This document shows positions 40,340-54,737 of a stretch of DNA of 64,000 nucleotides, in pieces (positions within the stretch are counted from its first letter, which is position 1; each line of letters starts with the position of its first letter). The notes beneath the pieces were generated by a model. That model saw nothing but the letters and a program-made list of their open reading frames with translations, had not been told where the DNA came from and made no database searches. Origin of the DNA: Eledone cirrhosa (lineage: Eukaryota); NCBI GenBank assembly GCA_964016885.1, contig OZ024741.1, positions 44,516,001 to 44,580,000 of the forward strand, given 5' to 3'. Made by a program: the position numbers and the translations under genes.

Positions 40340-41715
40340 TATTTATTTCGGCGTCTTTTCTCGCCCACCCGAGGCTGCCCTTTGGCCCCATGTAGCCTTA
40401 GTACCCCCACCACCCCCTCCCCTAGTCTATGATAGATTTGGCGGACTCCGCGCTTTATAGCAGTTGGCTTAGACCCCGGATACTTGCCCCCTTTTTCCGA
40501 CCGCTCCCACTATTCTCTGTGCCCTCTATATTTCTTAGTGGCACTTATGCCTTATTTTTTCGTTTCAGTATTTCTTGCTTCGCTTTTCTCCTGGGCGGGG
40601 TGGATTCTGAATTTATTCCTCCGTATTCTACCTTTATTTCGTACGAACTTTCATGTAGCTTGTTTTAGATCTTTTAGAGTTAGCACTAGTATATATTTTT
40701 CTCGGGACTCAGAATTATTATCTCGTACAAGTTCACTTTGCTGCACTGGGTCGTTGCTGGCCCGGGATGGAAACCTTTATCGTTTATTTCGTCGTAGTCT
40801 CTTTAGTATTTTGGCCCCTTTTGTTGACCCGTCACCGTATCATTTACGTACTTATACCTCTTAAAAGGGTCCTTGCCTATATCGTCCCACCTAGTTCTTT
40901 TACTTATTTCGTTATTTCTTTATTTATTTATTTCTTTACTTCTTTCTTTCTTTCTTTATTTTATTCTAGCCTAACAATAGCCTGAGACCTAGGTCGTAGA
41001 ATTTAATTTACTTTACTTTTTTCTTTACACTTATTTGCTTTTCTTCACTCTCAGTATTTTTTCCTTCCTATATATTTCTACCCCCTATTGTTCTACCTAC
41101 CGTTCCGACTTCCTCCCCCTCCCCCTCCCCTGTATCTTCTTTGACCTCATGCCCAGCTGTAGCTGGCACTACCAACGCTTGATTGGGTCTACTCCACCCC
41201 TCCCCTCTTTGTCCTACTGGCAGGTTTAGCCACCACCTCCCCTACTAATTTGCAACCACAGAATTACTACTGATTTTTGACAATCACTTTGACCATATAT
41301 GGAATTACCCCTTGAGAAGATCGGCTATTTAAATACCAGGATAAATTTTCATTTAGTCCAGAATTAGCCGTCGAAACGGCTTGAGCTCAGCTGTCGGGGT
41401 CTTACTGGTTCCTATTACCCACTCTACTACCTCAAGTATTGAGTACTTTGGTGCGTTATGGTCCACCTGGTTCCTTACCACATTTCCTTCGTTATATATA
41501 TATATATATATATATATAACGAAGGAAATGTGGTAAGGAACCAGGTGGACCATAACACAACAAAGTACTCAATACTTAGGGTAGTAGAGTGGGTAATAGG
41601 AACAAGTAAGACCCCGACGGCTGAGCTCAAGCCGTTTCGACGGCTAATGCTGTACTTTCAGTACAGAATTAGCCGTCGAAACGGCTTGAGCTCAGCCGTC
41701 GGGGTCTTACTTATT

Positions 41716-41720
<5 letters not shown>
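40340..41720 (+). mobile_element. Family D cluster: long 3' UTR copy (40340-41492), inverted copy (41519-41653), short plus copy (41662-41720)
   Basis: Homologous to 22777-23700 (-) and 22270-22695. The 3' ends lie in (TA)n. Confidence 0.8.
41307..41400 (+). ncRNA. Hammerhead ribozyme, U3-A8 core variant (family D)
   Basis: acccc-TTGAGAA-ga(t)cggcta-[~37 nt]-tagccgtc-GAAA-cggct-tgagctc-agctg-TC-ggggt. Confidence 0.8.
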
Positions 41721-41809
<89 letters not shown>

Positions 41810-41810
<1 letters not shown>

Positions 41811-41915
41811 TTATTAAAATAACAGATTAAAGTTTAAGCAAAGAATCGCTGCGTTCACCTTTAACGGGATCTTCTGAAATTAAAAATGTCAATCCGACTT
41901 TTTTAGTTTCAGAAG
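41810..41915 (-). mobile_element. Family F copy with CAGAAGA-core HHR-like motif and a short inversion
   Basis: Reverse complement of 63512-63600. Confidence 0.7.
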
Positions 41916-41919
41916 GCAG

Positions 41920-42630
41920 CCTTCAGGGACCTGTTCGTCCGCTACAAGTCCGCCCTCCCCAACAGTGCTAAAAGAGGATACATCACGAACGTGATCACGC
42001 CAATTAAAAACATATGCAGCGATCCCGCGAGTGGTGTCACTCATACCAAGCTATTTCTCGAAGTGCTGGAGACGAACGGGTACCTGCCTCACTCACAAAC
42101 AGAATAAGAGACACCAGACACAAGAGGCAGAGAAACACCCAAGGCAAGTGCTTCCTTAAAATACCAGACCTGGGCGAGAATACCACCAACGCTATCCGCA
42201 AGGCTATACGGAGGGAGGGCCTAGACATCCACCTGGCCCACTAGGGCTCCTCCCTGCGAAGATGCCTCTCCAGGAAACCGGGGAAATCAACTGACGCGTG
42301 CTCCCTCAGAAACTGCCCGATGCGCCATACGAACTGTTGCCTAGGCGATACGTCGTAGATAGAATGTAACAAGTGCAACCACTACTATATAGGTAGCAAA
42401 ATCCGCCCGCTACACATCCGGATCAAGATCACATTAACACCAGGGCCTCGTCTTTCCGGAAACACATAACCTAATGCGGAAACAAAGTCGGAAGGCCCAT
42501 TGTTACAATTCTAGCGAAAGAAAGAAACGTCGGCACATTACAAATTAAGGAAGCACTTTGGATCAAACGCCTAGGGCCACAAATAAATAACCGATCTGAG
42601 AGAAGCGAAATGAGGTGGTTGGGTTAAGTA
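41920..42630 (+). pseudogene. PLE RT-thumb/linker/GIY-YIG remnant (third PLE lineage)
   Basis: LFVRYKSALP..K..YITN, FLKIPDLG, CSLRNCP, CNKCNHYYIGS..RPLHIRI and IKEALWIK..PQINNRSE, with frameshifts and stops. The 3' region runs to ~43315. Confidence 0.75.
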
Positions 42631-43591
42631 AACAAACGATGCAGCAACACACACACACACACAAGCGAGACAGCAACACACGCACACGCACACACACAAA
42701 CATAGTAGCATTCCACCATACGAACATACTACAATGCTAATACGGACGAACGAGGCAACAACACACGCACACACACACACAAGCGAGATAACAACACACG
42801 CACACACACACAGTAACATTCACCAAACAGGCAGAGAATACTATCACAACCACACACTATTCAACAGGCCAGATAATACAATGGACTGACAGCTAACGCC
42901 AACCCACTCCCACAATTGAAAGAACTATTTCGACCGCCGACCTCTGCTTGACCGTCCTCATTTAACGCGCACGCGCGCTCTGCTGAATACCTCAGATATT
43001 CAAAACAACGAACCGCGGATGACACGTTTTGCACCTTTCCGACAGAACCCCCCCCCCCAGTTGATGGATGTGAATCTGAAATATATAGAGACAATTAAAT
43101 CTCTCCCAAGGTAACTCTATCTCGTGTTATTATTTTTATCCTTTACGCTCTTTCCTACATTCTTCTACACGCTACACATCTCAACCTACATTCACTTATA
43201 TCTCTCTCTCCACGACTTGTTACCGGATCTTGTTACCCGGAGATTTACCCATCTGCATTATTGAGGCTTCCAAAACGACCTAAAGAAATATACCTTATTA
43301 TTCCACAATGCTTCAAGCAAAATTCAATAGTCTCATATATATATATATATATGGACAGTCATCAACCAACCAAATTACTTCTCTAAAAACCTAGCATTTC
43401 GAGCCACTTTTTTTCCATATTACACAGAAGTATATATTAGAATTGCTGCTCTGAAATAGCGATGTATATATGAATGTATATATAGTGTATTTGGTAATAC
43501 ACCGTATGATTAATTAAAAGCATTTTGTAGACCTTATGCTATTGTTTTAATGTAGTGACACTTACTTCTTTTTTCAACAAACAAAGGGAGA

Positions 43592-43639
43592 TAAGCTGAC
43601 AGATCTCTGTTTCATACTATTGGTATTCCTCAGAGCTTA
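43592..43639 (-). ncRNA. Type I hammerhead ribozyme (family B)
   Basis: taagct-CTGAGGA-atac-caata-gtat-GAAA-cag-agat-ctg-TC-agctta. All three stems pair and the triplet is GUC. Confidence 0.9.
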
Positions 43640-44150
43640 GTACTCCCCTTGTCTGTTGAAAATCACGAATGTTGGATTCTTATAAAATTCCAGTAATAAT
43701 CAGGAACTGATTATACAGACCGGTTGCCGGTCCAGCAAAAATTGAAAAATTAGAATTGGTGCTCTGAAATAGCGATGTATATATGAATGTATATATAGTA
43801 TATTTGGTAATACACTGTATGCTTAATTAAAAGCATTTTGAAGACGTTACGCTATTGTTTTAAAGTAGTGTCTATGAAACTTACTTCTTTTTTCAACAAA
43901 CAAAAGGAGATAAGCTGACAGATCACTTTAAAACAATAGCGTAATGTCTTCAAAATGATTTTAATTAAGCATACAGTGTATTACTAAATACATTATATAT
44001 ACATTCATATATACATCGCTATTTCAGAGAACCAATTCTAATTTTCAATTTTTGCTGGACCGGCAACCGTTCTGTATAATGAGTTCCTGATTATTACGGG
44101 AATTCTATAAGAATCCAAGATTCGTGATTTTCAACAGACAAGGGGAGTGT

Positions 44151-44198
44151 TAAGCTCTGAGGAATACCAACAGTATGAAACAGAGATTTGTCAGATTA
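44151..44198 (+). ncRNA. Type I hammerhead ribozyme (family B)
   Basis: taagct-CTGAGGA-atac-caaca-gtat-GAAA-cagagatttg-TC-agatta. Confidence 0.8.
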
Positions 44199-44320
44199 TC
44201 TCCCTTTGTTTGTTGAAAAAAGAAGTAAGTGATATAGTCTTTAAAACAATAGCGTAAAGTCTTCAAAATGCTTTTAATTAAGCATAGTGTATTACCAAAT
44301 ACACTATATATATACAGATG

Positions 44321-44352
<32 letters not shown>

Positions 44353-44397
44353 CATAATAAACATATATATATATATGTATATGTATAAGTATATATG

Positions 44398-45203
<806 letters not shown>

Positions 45204-48200
45204 TATATATATATATATATATACATATATACATATATATAAGACGCTTTGTACCAGAGTGCATTTGAATTATCACTCACTCTTCAGTTTTTAGCATAAA
45301 AATTCATAATTACATCTTCAAAAATAAAAGAACCCTTTCTTTCACTTATGAAAATTCGAGAGCATATGATCTTCACATCAGGCGTTATTTGCTATTTCAA
45401 ATGGATATGTGTTGCATTTTGGAAAATGCTATGGAACAGATAAATGTATTATTTCGAGGTAAATACTAATTACATACTTTAAAAATATAACTGCTGTAAA
45501 GATATGCTCTCACTAAGATAAATAAAGAATATTAAATAATATGTTATATATTACGATAAATATCTAAAAATGCTTGATTTGATAAAATCTGAATTTCTAA
45601 GCTAACATATTTAGTAGCTACAGGATATTATTTCAAACATTGTATACATTACATCAATAACCATCTTATCAACCATTCATCGCTTGATACCATGTTAAAC
45701 GGAATGGAAGAAATACATTCATAAAATTGATTGTATCTTTCAAATGTTTCTTTCTTATCTTTCACTTTGGTAATATTTGGGAAGTTATACAGCAACACTC
45801 TAATATTTTAAAACCCCATCAGACTATTTTAGTTTAATATTTGTTTTTCCCCCTTTTCATTTCTCTTTTACGGTTATTCAATAAATCTACTCTTAAATTT
45901 TCCGTTTATTTGTCTTCATTTTTTTCCTATTTTTATTTATTTCTACTAATACTCCTACCGAATTATTCACTATCGGTCGTTATTTCAATTTATCTGACAC
46001 TGCATACAGACTTTTATGAGTTATCAATTTTTGCTTACAAATAGAGTATTATTTCTTTCCATTTGTTAGTGGCTAATATCATTTTTTATCTATCATCTCT
46101 TATTGGAGCTAAATATTTAGATCAAACATTTCAAAGGCTATTTCACTGATATAAGAGAGATGATGATTGACCCGAGTGATAGTTTTAGTTATTTCAGCTG
46201 AGTGTAGCATGAGATGGCAGCCTGCATTGGTATCAAAGGCTGGGTGAAAGCGAGAAGAATAATACATTGCCGTTAAGAGAGCAACTCATGTCTGTAATGT
46301 TTCATAGAACTAAGATAGCTACCGGAGTTTGACAATGGTGGTTTGACATTGTGGCCCTCATGGTATTTCAGTGGGCCTAGGAAAATGATTGGCAATCTTC
46401 TTCTCCCTTCTAAACATCCAGTTCATCCATTCTCCCAGAGACATATGAAGGAGATCGAAAGAGAGATGTACAACGAAAATGCATGGTCAACAAAATGAAC
46501 ACCTGAACAGGTTTCAACTCCGCAACCTTTATGAGTATAATGAAGAACAGATCAGTTTCTGTAGATCTATTGAGGCACATGAATGACTGGCTGCACAATG
46601 TACAAAAGAAAGATGACGACAAGAGTTCATGTGTAAATAATACTGCATAATAAATGAAATTTACATCTTCTGCAATCCGTAAAGTTGTTTCTAATAATAC
46701 TTTTGCACAATTTACTGATACAATACTGATGTTTCGTCGAATTCACAGTTATGCAAATAATAAATATGAAGTAGATTAAATAGATTCCCCATATATTTCT
46801 TACAATAGTTTTAATTTAGGCACAAGGCCAGAAATTTTGAGTGCAGTGAAGAGTCAATTCGTAGTTCCCAGTATTTGACTCGTTCTTTATTTTAACAACA
46901 CCACAAAGAGCGAAAATCAAACTTCTCCAATGTCCGATTTGATTTCAGAACGAAGAAAATCCCGCATGGATTTTTGTTCACCTCTTTAACATTTCATGGA
47001 ATAATGAGACGTAACATTATCGTTCTTAGTTAATTTAAATTAACGTGTATGTGGCTGAGTATTACACAGGCACGTGATCTTAACGTAATTAACTTGTAAG
47101 GTCGCCGTGGCAAAATACCTAACTAGACTGGTCCTTTTTATTGCATAGAGAGAGCATCTTATGTATAACAATGCATTCCACAAACAAATGTGCCCATAAC
47201 GTAATTCGCAAGGATATTCATCATCAAAGCAAACTAAATTACAATCCTTTCGGCAGGTTTCTAATCATATTCCGCCTATTCAATTTCACTCAAACGTTTG
47301 CATAAGATTGCTCGCGATCGAAATAACTGTACCTTCCATCGAAACGTCTACCGTCTGACTTACGATAAGGACCCTATCTGAATCTTGCTTAGACCTAACA
47401 AAACGATGTATTCAATAGGGAGAAAATATATTGTTGCACGGGTTATTAGGGACCATAACAGAGTATATGTCAATGTAAAGAGTGTAATATCTGGTTGTGT
47501 GAAAGTACATATTACTTAGCAACATGTCAGCAGGACAGGAACAAATATCTCTAACGACATTGATAATTGGCCTATTAATGACAGTAGACGTATAAACAAC
47601 AATCTATATCATCTACTGGTGTATTCATAAAATATATAAAGTCAGGGGGATACATAGAACCTCATATATAACAACAACGATTAGCTAGACACAGTCCATC
47701 CATCAAGAACTTTTGACAATGTCGTAAATTGTAAGAATCAGTAAGAAAGAGGCAAAATGTATGGAATAAGAGAAACATTGTCTGAACCCTGTATTTCTTT
47801 TCAAATATAATTAATGACGAAGAGGTGAGTTGAAACTATTTCGCAGTTTTAAAGCAGCGAAGTTGCCATTACTATTGTAGGTCATCGTTTATATATTTCT
47901 AAATAGCCATCATCATTTATTTTACATCAGTTGACACATTAATAGCGGTTAAATATTTTAATGACCATTACGTAAATTAAAACCCATTATATACTTGAGT
48001 AATAATTAGACACTATACGCACCATTACGTCCATTTAAACATTTTTGCTTCACAGCCATCTTTACAATCATGTTAGCCGAATTATTATAAAGCAAATAGT
48101 ATTAGTTACACATATCAAAATATTTGTTATTCACTCGTTCATAGATATGTTGCTGGTGATACATACATTTATTGCAATGTATTTCTGGGGTGATTGAAAT

Positions 48201-48689
48201 GTGATGGTTAACAACGGCGGATGTGTTTTAAGCCATCTAACATTATTTACTACATATTCACTTCCGACATTCGTTAAATATCGAAGGATTATAACCCTTT
48301 TCCGCTCTTCATAGCAACTGAATTCCTTAGTACCCAATACACTCACCTACATTTGTAAGTAACATTATTGCCAGGACTGAACAATATATTTATTGTATGC
48401 CGGATCCACCATTTACAGCCACAGATGTGCATTAAACTACGTGCTTCTTCTAGATAAGTTTTTAAATATAAACGTAACTATTAATATTTACTTCTCGGCA
48501 GATCTATTCTGCTAGAGAAGATTTCGCAGGTGGCGGATAGTGATACAGCCAGCAGATATGATGGTTACTTGCGATATAGGCGGAGCATTTCAGGAAGAAT
48601 AAGAAACACCTGACCAGTGGTGGTAAACTACTGAGGGAGATTGAGTAAATTGTGTCACGGTCAACTCCAAAGGGAACTCTCACAACTCA

Positions 48690-49075
48690 ATGATGTAGCT
48701 ATGACGAGCACAGTAAAAGCCGCTTCTATAATTCCCTAGTCTTCGCGTATCTGAGAAAAGTACCAAACTGGTGGCTGACGTGAATAAGACCATCAAAACA
48801 TTGCAATATGGCCAGAGACAACGAATAAAAGCGGCCGAAATGGGGTTCCTTTCAATGTAGTACGGGGTATCGTTACTCGGTAGAGTGTTTAGATCGGAGA
48901 CCTGAGAATCTCTCCGGGTAGAGCCGAATTGAGAAATCACAGCTTCAATACTACTACCGATATGTTGTTAGAATATCTCAGAAAAAAATCGTTGTTCAGA
49001 TTTAACCAGCAAAACTAACGAGCAAGAGATCCAGGAGTAGACACCAAGGAAAATGGTTAGAAAAAGGGAGAATTA
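48690..49075 (+). mobile_element. Decayed RTE-clade LINE 3' fragment
   Basis: Homologous to 60950-61230 (gcggccgaaatg.., gagaaatcacagct..). Confidence 0.65.
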
Positions 49076-50204
49076 CTATCCACTCTGAGCTGCTTATGTA
49101 GTTGTGCACATCGAGCATCTATTTATTCTAACATGCCTGTAAAAAATTCGTAAATTATCAGTGAAATATTTAGGAGAATTGCTCACTTGTGTTTGGAACA
49201 CGCATTACCCTCATATGTTAAATTCCTACAAATTATTTGATATTTGTTTTTACACGTGTTAACATGAAATTGTTTGTTGGCTATAGTTTTCACTGTAATT
49301 GTCAATTTTTATAACTGTCTTCCTTTTCCCTGTGCTGATATTACAGATAAATTTAATCATTGCAACCTTATGCCGGAAACATTTCCATCAAACTGCGTCC
49401 ATTACAACTGTTACAAAGATAATGGAGAAAATCTCATACCAACTGTAGCACCTCTGTCTAGTATTGAGAATAGCCCTACTAAGCATTCGCCAGCGTGTGG
49501 CGTCATAATTGTGAAACTTAACACTTAAGGGATTTTGAAAATGGCGTAGTTACATAACGCAATCGTCAAAGCAAGATTTCAAAAGGATTGTGGTAAGCGT
49601 ATTTAGAAACGTATGCACATAGTTCAGAAAGTATGTTATTACTTCACTTCCAAACAGTAATGATTTATAAATATAATTTGTCACACCGAAGGCTAGTTTG
49701 GATGATAATCATACGAAGATGTATATAAATACGCATATACATAAATAAATATGTGTGTGTCTGTGTGGGCGTGTTTGTGCATGTGGAATTTATATCTGTA
49801 CATAGTGTACCTTGTTAACCGGGACTGCATAAATGTATATATAAATATACACAATGAGTATATGTGCATGTTAACATGTCAAATTGATCTATATATTTGT
49901 AAATTGAAAACAAAAGGAATATCTTTAATCGATCTAAGAGAATATGTACATCTAATTATAAACTTGCGGTCTTCTAAATACTGCAATAATTACGGGAGGA
50001 CAATTAATCTGCTTAATTTTAGTGCCTCGGTCGATAATTAATTTCAATATATATTGAGTTGCGCACTAAGCAGCCGAGGTATACGTTAAATCTATATCTT
50101 ACTATAAACAGTCTTGTCATGTTCCCGCAACTGGTGCAACCAGTCGTTAGCGTGACAGTCCTGACTCTTTTGCTGTTAATAGTCGCCATTGGTTTCTATT
50201 CTCC

Positions 50205-50870
50205 ATCACACTTAGAGGGGTCTCGCTGTGGTGACAAGCCCAGTCTTTGATGTTGTCGGACCTGGATTGTCGTTGTCGGCCCCTTCTTCGCTCTCCCTCG
50301 ACTGTGCCATGAAGAATAGTTTTGAACTAGGAGTTGTGGCTTGATATATGACCATAACAGACAAGCTTCCGTCTTTTTACTATCGCAAGCAGTGGGTCCT
50401 GTCTGTCAGCATATTTTTTAACTTGCTACCTATAATGATCTGTTTGTTTTGTGCTACGTATATGGGATGTCTAGCAACATTCTAAAGCACTTGTGTTCAA
50501 ATGACTGGATTCTTCGTTCCATGGCAGCTGTCAAAGTCCAACTTTAACACCCATACAAAAGGATCGAGGTCACTAAAGACGAGTATAATTTGGGCTTCGT
50601 TGGAAATCTGATGGAGTTTCTTTTTCATATGACATTCAGCTTTACCATGGCAGACGTGATCAGGCTGAGTCTGGTCAGTATATCTTTTAGAATTCTGCCA
50701 TATTTGTTCAGAATCTATCCTAGGTACTTGAAGGTCTTCACAGCTTCAGGGCTCTCTCTGTTCAGTATGATATTGGTTGCTATATTCTGATTATTACTAT
50801 TAAACTTCCTCTTTTCTGAGCTGATCTCCATTCCGTATGCTCTTGATACTTTTTCCAGTCAGCAAAGGGA
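50205..50870 (-). mobile_element. RTE-like LINE fragment
   Basis: The minus strand gives YGMEISSEK, FKYLG, LVTSILLYGC.SWTLTA and KLV.YGH. Confidence 0.7.
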
Positions 50871-51109
50871 ATGTTCCAAATTAGCTATCCTGCCACAGAA
50901 ATTGAGGTTTGGAAATTCCTGAAGAGTCTCATGCAAGATATTTTCCAGGATGGTGTTGAAGGGTACTTGAGAAAGGAAACAGTATATACAATACAGAACT
51001 TAAAATCTATACATGTATATCAACACACACACACCCACACTCATACACACACATTTACATATATATATACATGTGGACAACTCTGGAATCAAAAGCTTAT
51101 CAGACTTCT

Positions 51110-51166
<57 letters not shown>

Positions 51167-51239
51167 TACGTTATTCCGGGTTGAATCGGAGGTAACCACA
51201 GTAAGTAAGGTACTCAATACTACATAGCAGAGTATAAAA

Positions 51240-51318
51240 GTTTTAATATAGATGAGATTCCCTGATGATTTCTAAAGGATGAAACAGTTCTAGTCCTGTA
51301 GAATCTCATCTATATTAA

Positions 51319-51321
<3 letters not shown>
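51240..51321 (+). ncRNA. Hammerhead ribozyme closed by a ~21-bp inverted repeat
   Basis: gttttaatatagatgagattc-c-CTGATGA-t-ttc-taaa-gga-t-GAAA-cag-ttctagtc-ctg-TA-gaatctcatctatattaaaac. Confidence 0.75.
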
Positions 51322-51372
<51 letters not shown>

Positions 51373-52218
51373 AGGGGGTGTAACTAGGAGATTACTGCAG
51401 GTTCACCCGGGAGAGCACTCGATGTTTAGGTTCACTTCTGTGATGAGGTGTAGAGCTATACAGAGTGTAATACATTGAAAGGATAACAAGGACGATTGAT
51501 TACTCCTTCATTGCATTTATTGATAGGTGATGCGCGTTGCGCCACTGATCAGCTCAAGGTTCGATCTGTATCAATCCTACCCGACTCAATAATCGGCAGC
51601 TGGACGGACCCTCTTAAAATGCTATAAGAAAATGAAATACATGCTATGTGGTAAAGTCAGTTTCAAGAGTTTGACAAAATGAGTTCTTTTGATTGGTGGG
51701 AAGGATCAAGGGTATGTACTGGCCTGTAGTGTATATGATGGTGAGATGTTGGTGACGGTTGGTGGATGAGATGGGCTGTGGTGTGGTGGTGGTGGGTTGG
51801 CCTTGGCGTGTAGAGTATATGGGGGTGGATGTGATGATATGATGGTGGTTATGGTCGCTTACTGGGGTAGGCTGTGGTATCAGGTTAGCGGATTGTCGGT
51901 AGACGGGTTGGCGTGTGTGAGGGTGTGGTAGTGGTGTTGTTGTTTATGGTAGTGGCGTTTGTGGTGGTGAGTGGATGTGTTGGTGGTGTCAAGTCCTTAC
52001 GGAGATACATAGCTAGACGCTCTTCTTCTGACAAATATGTTGCTTATATGTATACACACACACATGTATATATGCGCACATATATTGTTGTATAAACAGA
52101 CACAAAACACATTCGCACACCCTTGCGATTTTTATCTGCAGAATGACCCCAGAATAACAAACGATACGCTGATATATAGAAAACACTCCCCGATGACTAA
52201 TCTATGTATCATACATAG

Positions 52219-52334
52219 AAAATGTATCATACCTAAACTGTTCCTAAATTCCTCGACTACGTAGTTTCGTGGCATAAACAAAAACAATATATCAAAGATA
52301 TAGAGTCCTTGCGAGGTCTGCCGACTTATCAAGA
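52219..52334 (-). mobile_element. Inverted partial unit at the 5' end of the 591-bp array
   Basis: Reverse complement of the HHR-containing segment 52880-52995. Confidence 0.85.
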
Positions 52335-52876
52335 ATTGTTTTTGTTTATTCCACGAAACTACGTAGTCGAGGAATTTAGGAACAGTTTAGGTATGATACA
52401 TTTTATTACTAATTATATCTAAATGTTTCTTCTCTCTTCATAATGTATTTTTAACTCTGATACTGGTTCAGTCTGGTTCAAACTGAATTGGTCTGTCCCA
52501 GTCATTCATTGAGCAACATCGGTGAAGTTGGCACCCTTAACTCACAGTTGGGTGCGGATGCATTCATGTATATATGTGTGTGTCCGCATGTATCTGTGTG
52601 TTTCTAAATGTATTAATAACTCCCTCTGGTCGAGCAATCTTTGAAGTGTGGGGACAACTGGAAAGCTTCCATTACTCATACTTCTCGCCTTCTTCACTAC
52701 CTCTTCTGCGGCCTCGATATGAATACCCCCTCCGCCTCCGTGGTATTTTTTTCGTGGTTATAGGAGGCTTAGCTCTGTTTCTCGACCGTTATATCGCGTG
52801 ACTATCTCCCCCTCCGCCTTTTGGGATTCTTTCTCACGTCGTGTAGACGCGTTCTTGAGACTAGTAAAATGAGGTA

Positions 52877-52964
52877 TCCTCTTGATAAGTCGGCAGACCT
52901 CGCAAGGACTCTATATCTTTGATATATTGTTTTTGTTTATGCCACGAAACTACGTAGTCGAGGA
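52877..52964 (+). ncRNA. Hammerhead ribozyme, UUGAUAA core (array copy 1)
   Basis: tcctc-TTGATAA-gt(c)ggca-[44 nt]-tgccac-GAAA-ctacgtag-TC-gagga. Confidence 0.8.
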
Positions 52965-53467
52965 ATTTAGGAACAGTTTAGGTATGATACATTTTATTAC
53001 TAATTATATCTAAATGTTTCTTCTCTCTTCATAATGTATTTTTAACTCTGATACTGGTTCAGTCTGGTTCAAACTGAATTGGTCTGTCCCAGTCATTCAT
53101 TGAGCAACATCGGTGAAGTTGGCACCCTTAACTCACAGTTGGGTGCGGATGCATTCATGTATATATGTGTGTGTCCGCATGTATCTGTGTGTTTCTAAAT
53201 GTATTAATAACTCCCTCTGGTCGAGCAATCTTTGAAGTGTGGGGACAACTGGAAAGCTTCCATTACTCATACTTCTCGCCTTCTTCACTACCTCTTCTGC
53301 GGCCTCGATATGAATACCCCCTCCGCCTCCGTGGTATTTTTTTCGTGGTTATAGGAGGCTTAGCTCTGTTTCTCGACCGTTATATCGCATGACTATCTCC
53401 CCCTCCGCCTTTTGGGATTCTTTCTCACGTCGTGTAGACGCGTTCTTGAGACTAGTAAAATGAGGTA

Positions 53468-53555
53468 TCCTCTTGATAAGTCGGCAGACCTCGCAAGGAC
53501 TCTATATCTTTGATATATTGTTTTTGTTTATGCCACGAAACTACGTAGTCGAGGA
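53468..53555 (+). ncRNA. Hammerhead ribozyme (array copy 2)
   Basis: Same as copy 1. Confidence 0.8.
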
Positions 53556-54058
53556 ATTTAGGAACAGTTTAGGTATGATACATTTTATTACTAATTATAT
53601 CTAAATGTTTCTTCTCTCTTCATAATGTATTTTTAACTCTGATACTGGTTCAGTCTGGTTCAAACTGAATTGGTCTGTCCCAGTCATTCATTGAGCAACA
53701 TCGGTGAAGTTGGCACCCTTAACTCACAGTTGGGTGCGGATGCATTCATGTATATATGTGTGTGTCCGCATGTATCTGTGTGTTTCTAAATGTATTAATA
53801 ACTCCCTCTGGTCGAGCAATCTTTGAAGTGTGGGGACAACTGGAAAGCTTCCATTACTCATACTTCTCGCCTTCTTCACTACCTCTTCTGCGGCCTCGAT
53901 ATGAATACCCCCTCCGCCTCCGTGGTATTTTTTTCGTGGTTATAGGAGGCTTAGCTCTGTTTCTCGACCGTTATATCGCGTGACTATCTCCCCCTCCGCC
54001 TTTTGGGATTCTTTCTCACGTCGTGTAGACGCGTTCTTGAGACTAGTAAAATGAGGTA

Positions 54059-54146
54059 TCCTCTTGATAAGTCGGCAGACCTCGCAAGGACTCTATAACT
54101 TTGATATATTGTTTTTGTTTATGCCACGAAACTACGTAGTCGAGGA
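54059..54146 (+). ncRNA. Hammerhead ribozyme (array copy 3)
   Basis: Same as copy 1, with one substitution in the stem II insert. Confidence 0.8.
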
Positions 54147-54649
54147 ATTTAGGAACAGTTTAGGTATGATACATTTTATTACTAATTATATCTAAATGTT
54201 TCTTCTCTCTTCATAATGTATTTTTAACTCTGATACTGGTTCAGTCTGGTTCAAACTGAATTGGTCTGTCCCAGTCATTCATTGAGCAACATCGGTGAAG
54301 TTGGCACCCTTAACTCACAGTTGGGTGCGGATGCATTCATGTATATATGTGTGTGTCCGCATGTATCTGTGTGTTTCTAAATGTATTAATAACTCCCTCT
54401 GGTCGAGCAATCTTTGAAGTGTGGGGACAACTGGAAAGCTTCCATTACTCATACTTCTCGCCTTCTTCACTACCTCTTCTGCGGCCTCTATATGAATACC
54501 CCCTCCGCCTCCGTGGTATTTTTTCCGTGGTTATAGGAGGCTTAGCTCTGTTTCTCGACCGTTATATCGCGTGATTATCTCCCCCTCCGCCTTTTGGGAT
54601 TCTTTCTCACGTCGTGTAGACGCGTTCTTGAGACTAGTAAAATGAGGTA

Positions 54650-54737
54650 TCCTCTTGATAAGTCGGCAGACCTCGCAAGGACTCTATATCTTTGATATAT
54701 TGTTTTTGTTTATGCCACGAAACTACGTAGTCGAGGA
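54650..54737 (+). ncRNA. Hammerhead ribozyme (array copy 4)
   Basis: Same as copy 1. Confidence 0.8.

Larger units (their letters stand above)
43410..44320. mobile_element. Retrozyme-like family B (~313-bp unit): ~1.6 tandem units on minus joined to ~1.25 units on plus
   Basis: ttagaattg..gctctgaaatagcg recurs at 43437 and 43750. Inversion junction at ~43925. Flanked by (TA)n. Confidence 0.8.

Noticed and set aside
43055-43100. TTGATGG...GAAA-tata-TA downstream of the 41920 PLE
   Set aside because: The core is mismatched and there is no stem I.
46330-46650. Coding-like stretch (PETYEGDRKRDVQRKCMV), faintly like a piggyBac C-terminus
   Set aside because: Short, interrupted by stops, and no catalytic motifs or TIRs were seen.
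51371-52000. Possible PLE 3' remnant on minus with gc-GCAA-cgcg and AATAAA
   Set aside because: The HHR core is too degenerate to call.
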